This document shows positions 34,475-34,784 of a stretch of 34,784 nt of DNA, one piece after another. The notes below the pieces were generated by a model. The model ran no database searches. It was given only the letters and a program-made list of their open reading frames with translations, and was not told the origin of the DNA. The position numbers and the translations under genes were made by a program. Positions within the stretch are counted from its first letter, which is position 1. Each line of letters opens with the position of its first letter. The stretch is from a virus (taxonomy: Duplodnaviria > Caudoviricetes), in IMG/VR virus record IMGVR_UViG_3300012667_000745, positions 1 through 34,784 of that record. One strand, 5' to 3'.

Positions 34475-34777
34475 TCAATCTTTTACGGCTTCAATGTGGT
34501 GCGGCTCCCCCGAAAAATAAATAGTCTTGTTCCAGCCGTCCCCCTCAATGTCATACAAAATATGGCGATCTTTTGCGACGATTGTGTGGCCTTTGAATGT
34601 CCCGCGATACACCCAACGGTCATAGCCTTCAGGGATAGGTGGTAGATTCCATCCAGACGGTATCGGCAGGACGCGCTGATCCAACGCAACAGACTCGTCT
34701 TTGATGGCTTCTGCTTTTGCCACAGCAGCAGCAGCAAAGGTAACTCGCACAGGCTTCTTGTTCCTGTCATCCTGCAA
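34475..34777 (-). CDS. Hypothetical protein, possibly truncated by the window edge
   Basis: ORF runs to near the right edge on the operon strand. Confidence 0.45.
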   Translation of the reverse strand: MQDDRNKKPVRVTFAAAAVAKAEAIKDESVALDQRVLPIPSGWNLPPIPEGYDRWVYRGTFKGHTIVAKDRHILYDIEGDGWNKTIYFSGEPHHIEAVKD

Positions 34778-34784
34778 CGTGCCG

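Overview
This window is part of a tailed dsDNA phage genome, probably podovirus-like, with two convergent arms. The + strand arm (about 1.2-19.4 kb) holds a probable portal, an HExxH protein, scaffold, major capsid protein, a small lysis cassette (holin-like peptides, lipoprotein, amidase), two adaptor/tail-fibre modules, tail proteins and a PD-(D/E)XK nuclease. The - strand arm (34.8-19.6 kb) holds ThyX, an RNA ligase, SF2 helicase, Cas4-like exonuclease, tRNA-Met(CAT), a putative SSB, a family A DNA polymerase and a primase-helicase. No terminase or integrase is visible. A PEP-CTERM-like peptide and the lack of Shine-Dalgarno sites suggest a Verrucomicrobia-like host (inference). There are five stand-out observations. 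(1) A 285-aa intein in PolA motif B has its HNH endonuclease encoded as a nested ORF in a different frame. (2) A 536-bp HNH cassette sits at the catalytic lysine of the RNA ligase gene and carries a synonymously recoded replacement of the gene's 5' end. (3) A roughly 270-nt structured non-coding RNA candidate and several tRNA-like modules lie around an atypical initiator-like tRNA. (4) There is an unannotated 48-aa PEP-CTERM mini-protein. (5) An AlaRS-like helical fragment lies next to the RNA ligase. All family calls come from motif recognition by eye; no searches were run.
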